From contig OZ219856.1 of the NCBI GenBank assembly GCA_964291395.2, forward strand, positions 1,600,001 to 1,664,000: DNA of 64,000 nucleotides. Direction: 5' to 3'. Under the pieces are notes generated by a model. That model had not been told where the DNA came from. It was given only the letters and a program-made list of their open reading frames with translations, and searched no databases. The position numbers and the translations under genes are program-made. The stretch comes from Alphaproteobacteria bacterium (lineage in GTDB: Bacteria > Pseudomonadota > Alphaproteobacteria > UBA2966). Shown piece by piece: positions 38,999-48,413 of this stretch (its first letter is position 1; each line of letters opens with the position of its first letter).

Positions 38999-39892
38999 AT
39001 GCGCCGCCCCGTCACGTCGGGATCGATCTCTCCTACCGGCGGTATCGCCTGCATCCTGCTGGGGGGCGTTTTCCTTACCACCAACGACGCGGCCATGAAG
39101 TGGCTGACGGGCACCTATCCCGTGGGTGAGATCATTACGCTCCGCGGACTCTTCGCGTTCCTGCCCGTCGCGTTCTTCGCCTGGCGCGCGGGCGGCTGGC
39201 GCTCGCTCAGGGTCCGACATTTCCACGCCCAAAGCGCGCGGGCACTCTTTTTCGTGGCTTCGTCCTTCCTCTGGGTGTTCGGCCTGACATTCCTGCCGCT
39301 CGCCGACTCCATGGCCGCGACCTTCACCGGCCCGATCATGATTACGGCGTTGGCGCCGTTGCTGTTGGGCGAAACCGTGGGGTGGCGGCGTTGGACGGCC
39401 GTCCTCGTCGGCTTCGGCGGGGTCCTGCTGATGATCCAGCCAACCGGCGACGGCCTGCGCGTCGCCATGCTCCTGCCGCTCGTCTCGGTGATGGGCGGGG
39501 TCGCGCGCGACATCATCACGCGGCGGATCGCGTCGTCGGAGTCGTCGGTCGGCACCCTCGCGTTCACGACCGCCGCGGTATGCCTGTTCGGTCTTGCCAC
39601 CCTGCCGTTCGGTTGGGTCGTCCCCGGCGCGCGGGACTGGTTGATCCTGGCGGTCAGCGGGGTTCTCATGGGCGCGGCGCATTTCCTCTACATCGAGGCC
39701 CTGCGTCTCGCCGAAGCCGTCATCGTCATGCCCTTCAAGTACTTCAATATGGTCTGGGCCGTCGCCCTGGGATTCGCCATCTGGGGAGACCTGCCCGACC
39801 GGTGGGTGATCAGCGGAACGATCTTGGTCGTCCTGAGCGGCCTCTACATCATGCACCGCGAGGCATTGCGCCGGCGTCAGGGAGCCACGTGA
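38999..39892 (+). CDS. DMT/EamA family transporter
   Basis: About 10 TM; LLGETVGWRRWTAVLVGFGGVL, PFKY, WGDLPD. Confidence 0.9.
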   Translation: MRRPVTSGSISPTGGIACILLGGVFLTTNDAAMKWLTGTYPVGEIITLRGLFAFLPVAFFAWRAGGWRSLRVRHFHAQSARALFFVASSFLWVFGLTFLPLADSMAATFTGPIMITALAPLLLGETVGWRRWTAVLVGFGGVLLMIQPTGDGLRVAMLLPLVSVMGGVARDIITRRIASSESSVGTLAFTTAAVCLFGLATLPFGWVVPGARDWLILAVSGVLMGAAHFLYIEALRLAEAVIVMPFKYFNMVWAVALGFAIWGDLPDRWVISGTILVVLSGLYIMHREALRRRQGAT

Positions 39893-39988
39893 CCTTGCGC
39901 ACGCGAGGCGTTCGACAGGCCCGGCGCCGTGCTAAACTGCGGGGAGCCTATTCATCACTCGCAACTGCCATGAACGGGGGACGGACCC

Positions 39989-40411
39989 ATGGCTATCACA
40001 GCCCTCAACCACGTCAACATCGTCACCGGCGACCTTGAAGCGACGAGGAAGTTCTACTCCGATGTCATCGGCCTGATCGACGGAGACCGTCCGTCCTTCC
40101 AGTTCCCGGGCGCCTGGCTCTATTGCGGCGACGAGGCCGTCATCCATCTCGTCGGCGTCGATGACCAGCCCGACGAAGGCACCGGCACGATCGACCACGT
40201 TGCCTTCGAGGCCAAGGGCATCGACGACATGATCGAACTGCTGGAGGGGAGTGGGGTTCCCTTTCACGTGCGCGACGTGCCGGGCCGCGAAATCCGACAG
40301 GTCTTCCTGCACGATCCCAACGGCGTGAAGATCGAGCTCAACTTCCGCGGCGCCGAGGTTGTCAAGGCACGCGAAGCGGACGGCGTGCTCGAAGCCGAAG
40401 TGCCGGGCTAA
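39989..40411 (+). CDS. VOC/glyoxalase family protein
   Basis: LNHVNI, FPGAWLY, IDHVAF, QVFLHDPNGVKIELNF. Confidence 0.9.
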   Translation: MAITALNHVNIVTGDLEATRKFYSDVIGLIDGDRPSFQFPGAWLYCGDEAVIHLVGVDDQPDEGTGTIDHVAFEAKGIDDMIELLEGSGVPFHVRDVPGREIRQVFLHDPNGVKIELNFRGAEVVKAREADGVLEAEVPG

Positions 40412-40698
40412 GGGATCGCCCTACTTCCCTCGCCCGTCGCACGCCGCCCGGGCATCGTCCGATCTGATTGACCGTTCGCGCGACGTTGTGGAACTGTCGC
40501 TGGCAAGGAGAATTGTCCGGATTTCATAGCAGATCGATTGGCCGCTTCTGTTGAGGTTGCGGGCCCTATGGGAATTGATCAGGCGCGGAGCGGCTGTCCA
40601 CTTGTCCACAGGGCGCGGGCGGGCCGCGTCGAAGCGGATCACGCGGCCTTCCGGGTCGGGGTCTCGAACGGTTCCAGGGACGGGATCGGAGATTCGCC

Positions 40699-42288
40699 TC
40701 ACCCGTCTCCCGCCTCGCCGTAGCCTCCGCCGCCGCCGGTCGAGAGAATGATCTTTTCGCCCTTCTTGAGGCGGTAGTGCCCGCGGCCCTCGATCACCTC
40801 CTCCGTGCCGCCCGTCGAGACGCGCCGCAATTCGTAGGGGGCTCCGCTCTCGCCCCCGAGCAGGCCATAGGGCGGCACCTTACAGCGATCCAGCATGGCC
40901 GCGAACTTGGTGTCCTCTCCCAGCATTTCATAGATCCGCACGACGCCGTTGCCTCCGCGGTGGCGGCCGCGCCCCCCCGATCCGTCCCGCAGCGCCTGCT
41001 TCGAGACGACGATGGGATATTGCGCCTCGACCATCTCGGCGGGCGTGTTCATGACGTTGGCGAGGTTCACGCGCGTTGCGGACCACCCGTCCCGGTCGAC
41101 GCGGCCCCCTTCGCCGCCGCCGTGAGCCTCGTAAAAGGACCACCAGCGGCCGTCCGGCCATTGGCCGCTGAAGATGAGCACCGACGCCGATCCGGAACCG
41201 CCAGCCGTCACGGCGTCGGGAACGCAGTGCACCATCGCCCGCATGATCGCGTCGACACAGCGCTGCGACGTCTCGTGATTGCCGAGGACGACGGGATAGC
41301 TGTAGGGCGGACTCAGGACGGAGCCCGGGCGGGTGATCACTTTCACCGCACGAAAGAACCCGTCGGCGTGGAAGATTTCGTGCTTGGAGATGGCCTTGAT
41401 GAAGAACCCGGCGGCGGTCGCGGCGAGCGACGGCGTCGCGTTCACCGGCGCCTCGACCGCATCGCCCGAGGCGCTGAAATCGAAGGTCGCGCCGTCCCCG
41501 TCGATCGTGACCTTGACCCGGATGGCAACGTGCTCCCCGTCGGAGCCGATGTCGTCCATATGGTCTTCACCTTCGTAGACGCCGTCCGGCAGGACGCGAA
41601 TGGCCTCGCGAGTCTGCTCCTCGGTCAGCTCGTTGAGCTTCTCCACGGCGGCCTTGAACGTCTCTGGACCGTGTGTCTCGAACAGGGTCTGCAGGCGGGT
41701 ATCCGCTACCCGCGTAGCGGCCGCCTGAGCGAACATGTCGCCCCGGATGACGTCACGCGTGCGTATGTTGGCGAGCAGGAGGTTGAGACTTTCTTCGATC
41801 GGCTCGTCGCCGGCGAAGAACCGGGTCGGCGGAATACGAAAGCCGTCCTGCCAAACGTCCGTCGCGTGGGCCGTGTAGCTGCCGGGCGTCGCGCCTCCGA
41901 TGTCCTCCCAGTGGGCGAGCGAAACCGCAAAGGCGAGCAGTTCTCCCTCGTGGAAGACGGGCCGCACCGCCTTCACGTCGGGTAGATGATTGCCGCCGAC
42001 CTCGGGCAGATTGAGATACCAGATATCGCCGGGCGCCAGTCTCTCCTTGCCCACCACCTTGAGGAATTCCCGTGCCGCGAACCCCATGACACCGAGATGG
42101 ATGGGGATGTCCCGGCCCTGGGCAATGACTCCGCCGTCGGCGGAAGTCAGGGCGGACGAATGGTCGCCCGCCTCGCGCAACAGCGGGGACCGTGCGGCCC
42201 GCATGACCACGAGCGACATCTCTTCGGCGATGGATGCCAGGGCTTGGCGGATCACCTCCACCGTGAAGACATCGGGTCGTTCGCTCAT
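40699..42288 (-). CDS. Hydantoinase B/oxoprolinase family protein
   Basis: IPIHLG, GGNHLPD, AHWEDIGG, GNHETSQR, NTPAEMVE, TGGGGGYG. Confidence 0.92.
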   Translation of the reverse strand: MSERPDVFTVEVIRQALASIAEEMSLVVMRAARSPLLREAGDHSSALTSADGGVIAQGRDIPIHLGVMGFAAREFLKVVGKERLAPGDIWYLNLPEVGGNHLPDVKAVRPVFHEGELLAFAVSLAHWEDIGGATPGSYTAHATDVWQDGFRIPPTRFFAGDEPIEESLNLLLANIRTRDVIRGDMFAQAAATRVADTRLQTLFETHGPETFKAAVEKLNELTEEQTREAIRVLPDGVYEGEDHMDDIGSDGEHVAIRVKVTIDGDGATFDFSASGDAVEAPVNATPSLAATAAGFFIKAISKHEIFHADGFFRAVKVITRPGSVLSPPYSYPVVLGNHETSQRCVDAIMRAMVHCVPDAVTAGGSGSASVLIFSGQWPDGRWWSFYEAHGGGEGGRVDRDGWSATRVNLANVMNTPAEMVEAQYPIVVSKQALRDGSGGRGRHRGGNGVVRIYEMLGEDTKFAAMLDRCKVPPYGLLGGESGAPYELRRVSTGGTEEVIEGRGHYRLKKGEKIILSTGGGGGYGEAGDG

Positions 42289-44288
42289 GATGTTTCTCCA
42301 ACCTCGATCCGGAGGTGGCCGTGCGGCGTCGTGCCGAGCCGGCAACCGGGAGGCACGACGGTCGTCGACGTCCGGTCCACGACGACGAGAGGACCCTCCA
42401 TGGTCCGCGCCGGGCCGAGATCGTCTCGCGCGTAGACGGGCGTAACGGCGGGACCTCCCGCGAAGATGCAGCTCACGGCTTCGATGGGTTCGGGCGCCGC
42501 GCCCGACGCCCCCGGGCGGCCGAATTCCGGCCTCTCGGGATCGATCTTCGCTGCGACACGCAACGACTGAACCTCCCACGGCTCATCCGTGTGATAGCCG
42601 TAGAGCTCCTGGTGGCGCCGCCAGAACGCTCCTTGAAGCTCATCGGCGCGGCTCTCGGGCATGCAGGGGATTTCGATCGCGTAGCTCTGGCCGAGATAGC
42701 GCATGAACGCGACATACTCCACGCTGACCTCGGGAGTCCCGCTGCGGCCTTGCAACAGGCTTTCCCGCGCCTCGTCGGCGATTTCGGTACAGACCCGCTT
42801 GAACGCATCGGCGTTCCAGTCCGTACCTGTCAGGCGCACCGTCCGCTGGCGCGTGTAGCTCGGAGCCGCGGTCAGACAGCCGATCGCCGAGAGGAGGCTT
42901 GAATCTCTCGGCACCAGAACCGTGCCGATGCCCACGTCGCGGGCGAGTTCGGCGGCATACATCGGCCCTGCCCCACCGAATGCGATCAATGTGCAGTCAC
43001 GGGTATCCACGCCCCGGTCCACCGTGATTCGTCTGAGCGCCCGCGCCATGTTGGCGTTGGCAACGCGCACCACGCCCCGGGCTACACGCGGCATGGGTGT
43101 ATCCAGTTGACGGGCGATGCCTTCGAAGGCCCGTTCCGCCAAGTCCCTGTCGACCCGGATGTTGCCGTCGGTGTGCGTGGACGGCTGTAGATATCCCAAT
43201 ATGACCGCGGCATCGGTCAACGTGGGCCGGCTACCCCCCCGGCCATAGCACGCGGGACCCGGGTCGGCGCCGGCGCTTTCCGGCCCCACCTGCATGCCTG
43301 CCGATCCGTGACGGACGAGCGACCCGCCGCCGGCGCCGATGGAGTGCACGGCCAGCATCTGCAGATTCACCGTCCACGGACCCACTTGCGCCTGGTCCCG
43401 GACCTCCGGCTGACCGTCCACGATCAGGCAGACGTCCGTCGTCGTGCCGCCCATGTCGATACTGATGGCGAGCGGCGCCTGTACGTCTCTCGCCACCTGA
43501 CGGGCCGCTTCCACGCCCGCGGCGGGACCCGAGAGTGCGAGTGAAAGGGGCAGAGACACGGCGGCTTCCGGCGTCATCATGCCACCCGCCGAATGAAACA
43601 GTTCCAGGCGCAGATCGGGGGGCAGGAACTCGTCCAGCGTGGCGACGTAATCGGCCACCATCGGCATCACGCTCGCATTCAACACCGTGGCGAGCGTCCG
43701 CTCGTACTCCTTGAGTTGCGGCCACACCTGATGGGACAGCGAAACGTGCGAATAGAACTCCCGGCACAGCTCGCCCACGGATCGCTCGTGCTCGCCGTTG
43801 GCGTAGGCATGCAGCAGCGAGACCGCGATCGAATCGGCCGTACCGTCGAGGCTTCTCAGGATCTCCCGAACCCGGTCCGCATCCAACGGAGTCGCGATGC
43901 TGCCGTCCGGCCGCATGCGGGCGTCGATTTCGAAGCGCAGTTCCCGCGGTACCGGAGCGGGCTCGCGGGGAAGCGCCGCCAGGTTGTAAAGCACCCGTCG
44001 CGATTGCCGCGCGATGTCGAGGACATCGCCGTATCCGGCGGTGGTGAGCAGCGCCACGCGCCCGAGTTGACCCTGGATGATGGCATTGGTGACGATAGTC
44101 GTGCCGAACGTCAGCATCCGCACGTCCGCCGTTTCCAGATCCAGGGCCTCGAGGGCGGTCGAGACGGTCGCCCGTGGGTCGTCCTTGACGCTCCAGACCT
44201 TGGCGGTCCGGGACTGTCCCGTCGTTCCGTCGTGCGCCACCACGTCCGTGAACGTGCCGCCGATGTCGATGCCGAGGTGCCAGCTCAT
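42285..44288 (-). CDS. Hydantoinase A/oxoprolinase family protein
   Basis: GIDIGGTFTD, SGPAAG, DMGGTTTD, IGAGGGS, GPESAGADPGPACYGRGG, FGGAG; ATGA overlap with the B subunit. Confidence 0.93.
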   Translation of the reverse strand: MSWHLGIDIGGTFTDVVAHDGTTGQSRTAKVWSVKDDPRATVSTALEALDLETADVRMLTFGTTIVTNAIIQGQLGRVALLTTAGYGDVLDIARQSRRVLYNLAALPREPAPVPRELRFEIDARMRPDGSIATPLDADRVREILRSLDGTADSIAVSLLHAYANGEHERSVGELCREFYSHVSLSHQVWPQLKEYERTLATVLNASVMPMVADYVATLDEFLPPDLRLELFHSAGGMMTPEAAVSLPLSLALSGPAAGVEAARQVARDVQAPLAISIDMGGTTTDVCLIVDGQPEVRDQAQVGPWTVNLQMLAVHSIGAGGGSLVRHGSAGMQVGPESAGADPGPACYGRGGSRPTLTDAAVILGYLQPSTHTDGNIRVDRDLAERAFEGIARQLDTPMPRVARGVVRVANANMARALRRITVDRGVDTRDCTLIAFGGAGPMYAAELARDVGIGTVLVPRDSSLLSAIGCLTAAPSYTRQRTVRLTGTDWNADAFKRVCTEIADEARESLLQGRSGTPEVSVEYVAFMRYLGQSYAIEIPCMPESRADELQGAFWRRHQELYGYHTDEPWEVQSLRVAAKIDPERPEFGRPGASGAAPEPIEAVSCIFAGGPAVTPVYARDDLGPARTMEGPLVVVDRTSTTVVPPGCRLGTTPHGHLRIEVGETS

Positions 44289-44377
44289 GGAATACTCACC
44301 CGTACTCACCCGTCCCGTCCTCGGGACAGGCATACCGTCCGGACTCCGGCTTGTCGAGACGATGCGACGCTCGAGAG

Positions 44378-45763
44378 TCACCAGGAGACGTAGCTGACGA
44401 CGATCCCCGCCGCTGCGGTTAGTCCGAGGGTGACGAACAGCCCGAGATGCCGGCCGAAGGTGAGCCAGATTGCAAAGACGGTCAGGCCCAGCGCCGAGAA
44501 GTCAGTGCCGGACAAAGAAGGCAACGGCACGGATACGAGACCGAACTCGAATGCGTCGACGTCCCGGAATACCACGTGCATGCCGAACCACACGGCGAGG
44601 TTGAGCACCACGCCGACGACGGCCGCCGTGATGCCGGAAAGCGCCGCGCTGAGGCTCCGGTTGTTCCGCAGCCTCTCGACATAGGGCGCGCCGAGGAAGA
44701 TCCATAGGAAACAGGGAACGAAGGTCACCCAGGTGGCAAGCGCCGCCCCGATGACACCTGCGGTCAGCGGATCGAGACCGCCCGGGTTGCGGAAGGCCGC
44801 CAGGTAGCCCACGAACTGAACCACCATGATCAAAGGACCAGGTGTGGTCTCGGCGAGCCCGAGGCCGTCCAGCATCTCGCCCGGCGCCAGCCAGCCGTAG
44901 GCCTCGACCGCCTGCTGCGCCATATATGCCAGCACCGCATAGGCGCCGCCGAACGTCACCACGGCGAGCTTGCTGAAGAACCAGCCGATCTGGGTGAAGG
45001 CATCATCCCCACCCAGGACGAGCAACGCCACGATGGTCGGCCCGAACCACAAGGGCAGGCAGACTGCGACGACACGCGCCGCGTGCGCCAAGGACGGCCT
45101 TGTATGGTCGAGACGACCGGAATCGAGCGCGGCATCCGCGATGGCGTCACTATCCGCGCTTCCATGTCCTTGGATGACAACGAAGCGATCGGGATCGAAC
45201 TGCGCTCCGAGAAACCCGATCAGCGCGGCTGCCACGACGATCACGGGAAACGGAACGGAAAAGAAGAAGATCGCGACGAAGGCCAGCGCCGCGATGGCGT
45301 ACATGGCCGGGTTACCCAACGCCCGGCGGCCGATGCGCAGCACGGCCTCGACGACGATGGCCAGCACCGCCGCCTTGATGCCGAAAAACAGCGCGTCGAT
45401 GAGTGGCAGATGGCTGTAAAGCGCATAGACGATACTGAGCGCCAGAATCACCAAGGCGCCCGGCAGGACGAACAGGATGCCCGCGGCCAATCCGCCCAGG
45501 GTTCGGTGAAGGAGCCAACCCACGTAGGTAGCAAGCTGCTGCGCCTCGGGGCCCGGCAGCAGCATGCAGTAGTTGAGCGCGTGCAAATAGCGCGCTTCGC
45601 CGATCCAGCGTTTCTCGTCGACGAGGATGCGATGCATCATGGCGATCTGACCGGCCGGTCCGCCGAAACTCAGCAGCCCGACCTTCAGCCACACCCGGAG
45701 GGCCTCGCGGAAAGGGACCTCCGCGACTCCGGCTTCAACCTCCTGCGTCGTTGCGGCCGTCAT
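44378..45763 (-). CDS. chrA: Chromate efflux transporter (long-chain CHR)
   Basis: SFGGPAGQIA, LLPGPEAQQLA, TFGGAYAVL, AETTPGPLI. Confidence 0.93.
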   Translation of the reverse strand: MTAATTQEVEAGVAEVPFREALRVWLKVGLLSFGGPAGQIAMMHRILVDEKRWIGEARYLHALNYCMLLPGPEAQQLATYVGWLLHRTLGGLAAGILFVLPGALVILALSIVYALYSHLPLIDALFFGIKAAVLAIVVEAVLRIGRRALGNPAMYAIAALAFVAIFFFSVPFPVIVVAAALIGFLGAQFDPDRFVVIQGHGSADSDAIADAALDSGRLDHTRPSLAHAARVVAVCLPLWFGPTIVALLVLGGDDAFTQIGWFFSKLAVVTFGGAYAVLAYMAQQAVEAYGWLAPGEMLDGLGLAETTPGPLIMVVQFVGYLAAFRNPGGLDPLTAGVIGAALATWVTFVPCFLWIFLGAPYVERLRNNRSLSAALSGITAAVVGVVLNLAVWFGMHVVFRDVDAFEFGLVSVPLPSLSGTDFSALGLTVFAIWLTFGRHLGLFVTLGLTAAAGIVVSYVSW

Positions 45764-46569
45764 GACCTCTCCCCCGCGTTTTCGCTTATGCGTTGCCGGC
45801 AATCGGCATAGAGGGCGTCATACACCTTCATGCCGGCATCCAACATCGCGAGATCGTCTGTATGAAGCACCGCAAGACCTCGGGAAATGGAAACGAGCCC
45901 GGCACTTTCGGGAGCCAGTTTGTAATGTCTGGTGTCGGCCCCGCGAACGATGTCCGCCAAAGCGTCAACGGCTTCATCCTGGATATCGAACTTCTCGAGG
46001 AACGCGTCGAAGCTGCAATTGCCATTCATGTGGGTGAGCTCAACGCCGTCCACATCGAACGGTGTAGCGCCCGTGACTTCGGCCACGGCGTCGACGTGCT
46101 CGGCTTCAACGTAGAGGATCGCCGCGTCCGGATCGAGAAAGCGGCGCACCAACCAGGGACATGCGATGCGGTCGATCTTCGGCCGTGCCCGGGTTACCCA
46201 TCGGGTCCGGCCATCGGGACCGCGCTGCGGGAGAGACTTCCGGGTGACGGTGGGACCACCCCCCTCGACGAAACCATCGATCCCACCGACCAGATATCGA
46301 GCGGTCAGTCCAGCGGATCGTAACAATGCCGCGACGCTTTGGCTCATCTGGTGGCCGTGGATGCAATAGGCGACCACGCCGCGATCACCGTCCAGGTCGT
46401 TGGACCATTCGTGCACGGACAGTGGATCGCGCCATATTGCGGTCGCGACGGTGATGTCGGAGGCCTCGTAAGCCTCCTGCCGCCGCACGTCGATCACGGT
46501 TGGACTTCGGCCCGACGCCAGTAGTTCTATGAGTTCTTGGGGTTCGAGAGAAAGTGGGGTATCGCCCAT
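45760..46569 (-). CDS. chrB: Rhodanese/chromate-resistance protein (rhodanese + ChrB C-terminal domain)
   Basis: IDVRR..YCIHGHQMSQ rhodanese loop; WVTRARPKIDRIACPWLVRRFLD, TPFD, CSFDAF, IVRGADT, PESAGL, YDALY. Confidence 0.88.
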   Translation of the reverse strand: MGDTPLSLEPQELIELLASGRSPTVIDVRRQEAYEASDITVATAIWRDPLSVHEWSNDLDGDRGVVAYCIHGHQMSQSVAALLRSAGLTARYLVGGIDGFVEGGGPTVTRKSLPQRGPDGRTRWVTRARPKIDRIACPWLVRRFLDPDAAILYVEAEHVDAVAEVTGATPFDVDGVELTHMNGNCSFDAFLEKFDIQDEAVDALADIVRGADTRHYKLAPESAGLVSISRGLAVLHTDDLAMLDAGMKVYDALYADCRQRISENAGERS

Positions 46570-46571
46570 AA

Positions 46572-46656
46572 GTCGCCCTCCTGATTCAGCAGGATTGCGA
46601 CGGCGCTTGGGCGCGATTGCCTTGGAGTTGCGGGGAGACCGCCTTTACCCCCACGC
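46572..46656 (-). ncRNA. Putative structured cis-regulatory leader of chrB-chrA
   Basis: Hairpin GTCGC-aa-TCCTG-ctgaat-CAGGA-gg-GCGAC sequesters the AGGAGG RBS; upstream GGGG/CCCC and GCGC/GCGC stems. Confidence 0.5.
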
Positions 46657-46661
46657 GGAAC

Positions 46662-46690
46662 AATATGGGTAAGGCCTGCGGCTTTTGCAA
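46662..46690 (-). promoter_or_regulatory. Putative sigma70 promoter of chrB-chrA
   Basis: TTGCAA-N17-CATATT on the minus strand. Confidence 0.55.
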
Positions 46691-46715
46691 GTCGGAATGG
46701 CGCGTACGGCCAATA

Positions 46716-48131
46716 TCATTGGAGCGGCGGGACCTTTTCGTGCCAATCCGTTTCCCGCTGATAGGCGTGGCCCAAGGTGAATAGGCGGGCCTCGGAAAAC
46801 GGGCGGCCGATGAGCTGGAAGCCGAGCGGCAAACCCTTTCCGTTGAAACCGCAGGGGACCGCCAGCGCCGGCAAACCCAGATATCCCACCGGGCGGGTCA
46901 GTCGGGCTACGCGGTGCATCAGCTCCGCCGCCCGCTCCGCGTTACCGGGACTGACATCGGCCATCTTGGGCGCCGCGTCCTCGCTGACCGGCGCGTGGAG
47001 AACATCGACTTTCCCGAAAACCCGCTCGACGAACTCCACCATCTTGGGTTCGCGCATGCGCTGAGCTTCGAGATAGCGGACGGCCGGAATCAGCAGCCCG
47101 CTCTCGAGCTCTCCTCGGATTCCGTCCGAGTAATCCTGGGGGCGGGTACGCAGCCACTCCTCGTGAATGGCCGACGCCTCGGCCTTGAGGCCGACCTGGG
47201 CCAGCTCGTAGATCTGCTCGAGGTCGGGGATGTCGACCTCCGCGACCTCGACGCCGAGTCCGCGATAGACGTCGAGACTCGCCATGACGGCAGCCTCCAT
47301 CTCGGCGTCGACGGCGTCGTAGAAGTAGCTCGTCGGCACACCAACCCGCATGCCCCGCACGTTGTCCTCCAGACGCGCCTCGTAATCCGGCACTTCGACG
47401 TGCACGGTATAGCCGTCCATCGGGTCACGACCGGCGATGACTTTCGTCATCCGCGCGCAGTCCCGGACGGTCCGGGTCAACGGGCCCATGGAGTCCGTGG
47501 CGTAGGAGCGGGGCATGGCCCCGTAGCGGCTGACGCGGCCGTAACCGGGCTTGAGACCCGCCAGCCCGCACTGCATGGCGGGCAGACGGACCGATCCTCC
47601 GGTGTCGGAGCCCATGGCGCCGTAGACCAGACGCGCGGCGACGGCGGACCCGGACCCGCTCGATGAGGCACCCGGCGAGTGCTCGACGTTCCAGGGGTTG
47701 AAGCAGTCGCCGAAGTGTTCGTTATGGCCGGTCGATCCGGCGGCGAACTCCACCATGTTGAGGGTGCCGGCCTGCAGCGCCCCGGACGCCTCCAGGCGTT
47801 CGATGACGGTCGCCGTATGGTCCGGACGCCAGCCGCGCCGAATCTTCGACCCGCACGTGCAGATCTTACCGGCACGATAGAACATGTCCTTGTGGGCGAG
47901 CGGCACGCCGTGCAGCGGGCCGCAGGCCTCGGGGTCGCGTGCGAGTTTTCCATCCGCGGCTTTCGCCGCGTCGAGCACGTCGCCGGCTTCGATGGAAATA
48001 AAGCAGTTGAGCGCCGGTTGATGCCGCTCGATTCGCGCGAGGCAGGCTTCGGTGACCTCGACGGAGGACACGCGTTTGTCCCGGATCGCGGACGCGACCT
48101 CCGTCAGGCTCAGATGTGTAACGTCGGTCAT
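46716..48131 (-). CDS. Amidase signature family enzyme (GatA/AtzE-like)
   Basis: PLHGVPLAHKD, PGASSSGS, GSDTGGSVRLPA (Lys-Ser-Ser triad). Confidence 0.93.
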   Translation of the reverse strand: MTDVTHLSLTEVASAIRDKRVSSVEVTEACLARIERHQPALNCFISIEAGDVLDAAKAADGKLARDPEACGPLHGVPLAHKDMFYRAGKICTCGSKIRRGWRPDHTATVIERLEASGALQAGTLNMVEFAAGSTGHNEHFGDCFNPWNVEHSPGASSSGSGSAVAARLVYGAMGSDTGGSVRLPAMQCGLAGLKPGYGRVSRYGAMPRSYATDSMGPLTRTVRDCARMTKVIAGRDPMDGYTVHVEVPDYEARLEDNVRGMRVGVPTSYFYDAVDAEMEAAVMASLDVYRGLGVEVAEVDIPDLEQIYELAQVGLKAEASAIHEEWLRTRPQDYSDGIRGELESGLLIPAVRYLEAQRMREPKMVEFVERVFGKVDVLHAPVSEDAAPKMADVSPGNAERAAELMHRVARLTRPVGYLGLPALAVPCGFNGKGLPLGFQLIGRPFSEARLFTLGHAYQRETDWHEKVPPLQ

Positions 48132-48337
48132 GACGAATCCCTCAAGCGCACGAGACTCGCCGGGAAATCCGCGGGCTCGCCGTCGAAGGAAAGTTCCGGC
48201 GACATGTCGCGCGCGACCTCGAGGATGCGGTCGGTTTCGGCGACCAAGCCCTTCAGGTGCGCATCGTCGAGCTCGATTCCGTATTCCTCGACGATCCGGG
48301 CACGCGCTGCCTGAAGCCGCTTCGTTTGGTCGGCCAT
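48128..48337 (-). CDS. Small protein coupled to amidase (possible GatC/AtzG-like partner)
   Basis: 69 aa MADQTKRLQ...LSFDGEPADF..; GGAGGA RBS; ATGA overlap with the amidase. Confidence 0.7.
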   Translation of the reverse strand: MADQTKRLQAARARIVEEYGIELDDAHLKGLVAETDRILEVARDMSPELSFDGEPADFPASLVRLRDSS

Positions 48338-48413
48338 ATCTATCCTCCTCCACGGACGGAGGATGCTAGAGCGATTCCGGTTTGGCTGAAACCGCTGCGG
48401 CATTCCTCGTCGT

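Noticed and set aside
40421-40702. 93-aa ORF and a DnaA-box-like TTGTCCACA
   Set aside because: ORF lacks protein-like features; one imperfect box is not evidence of an origin.
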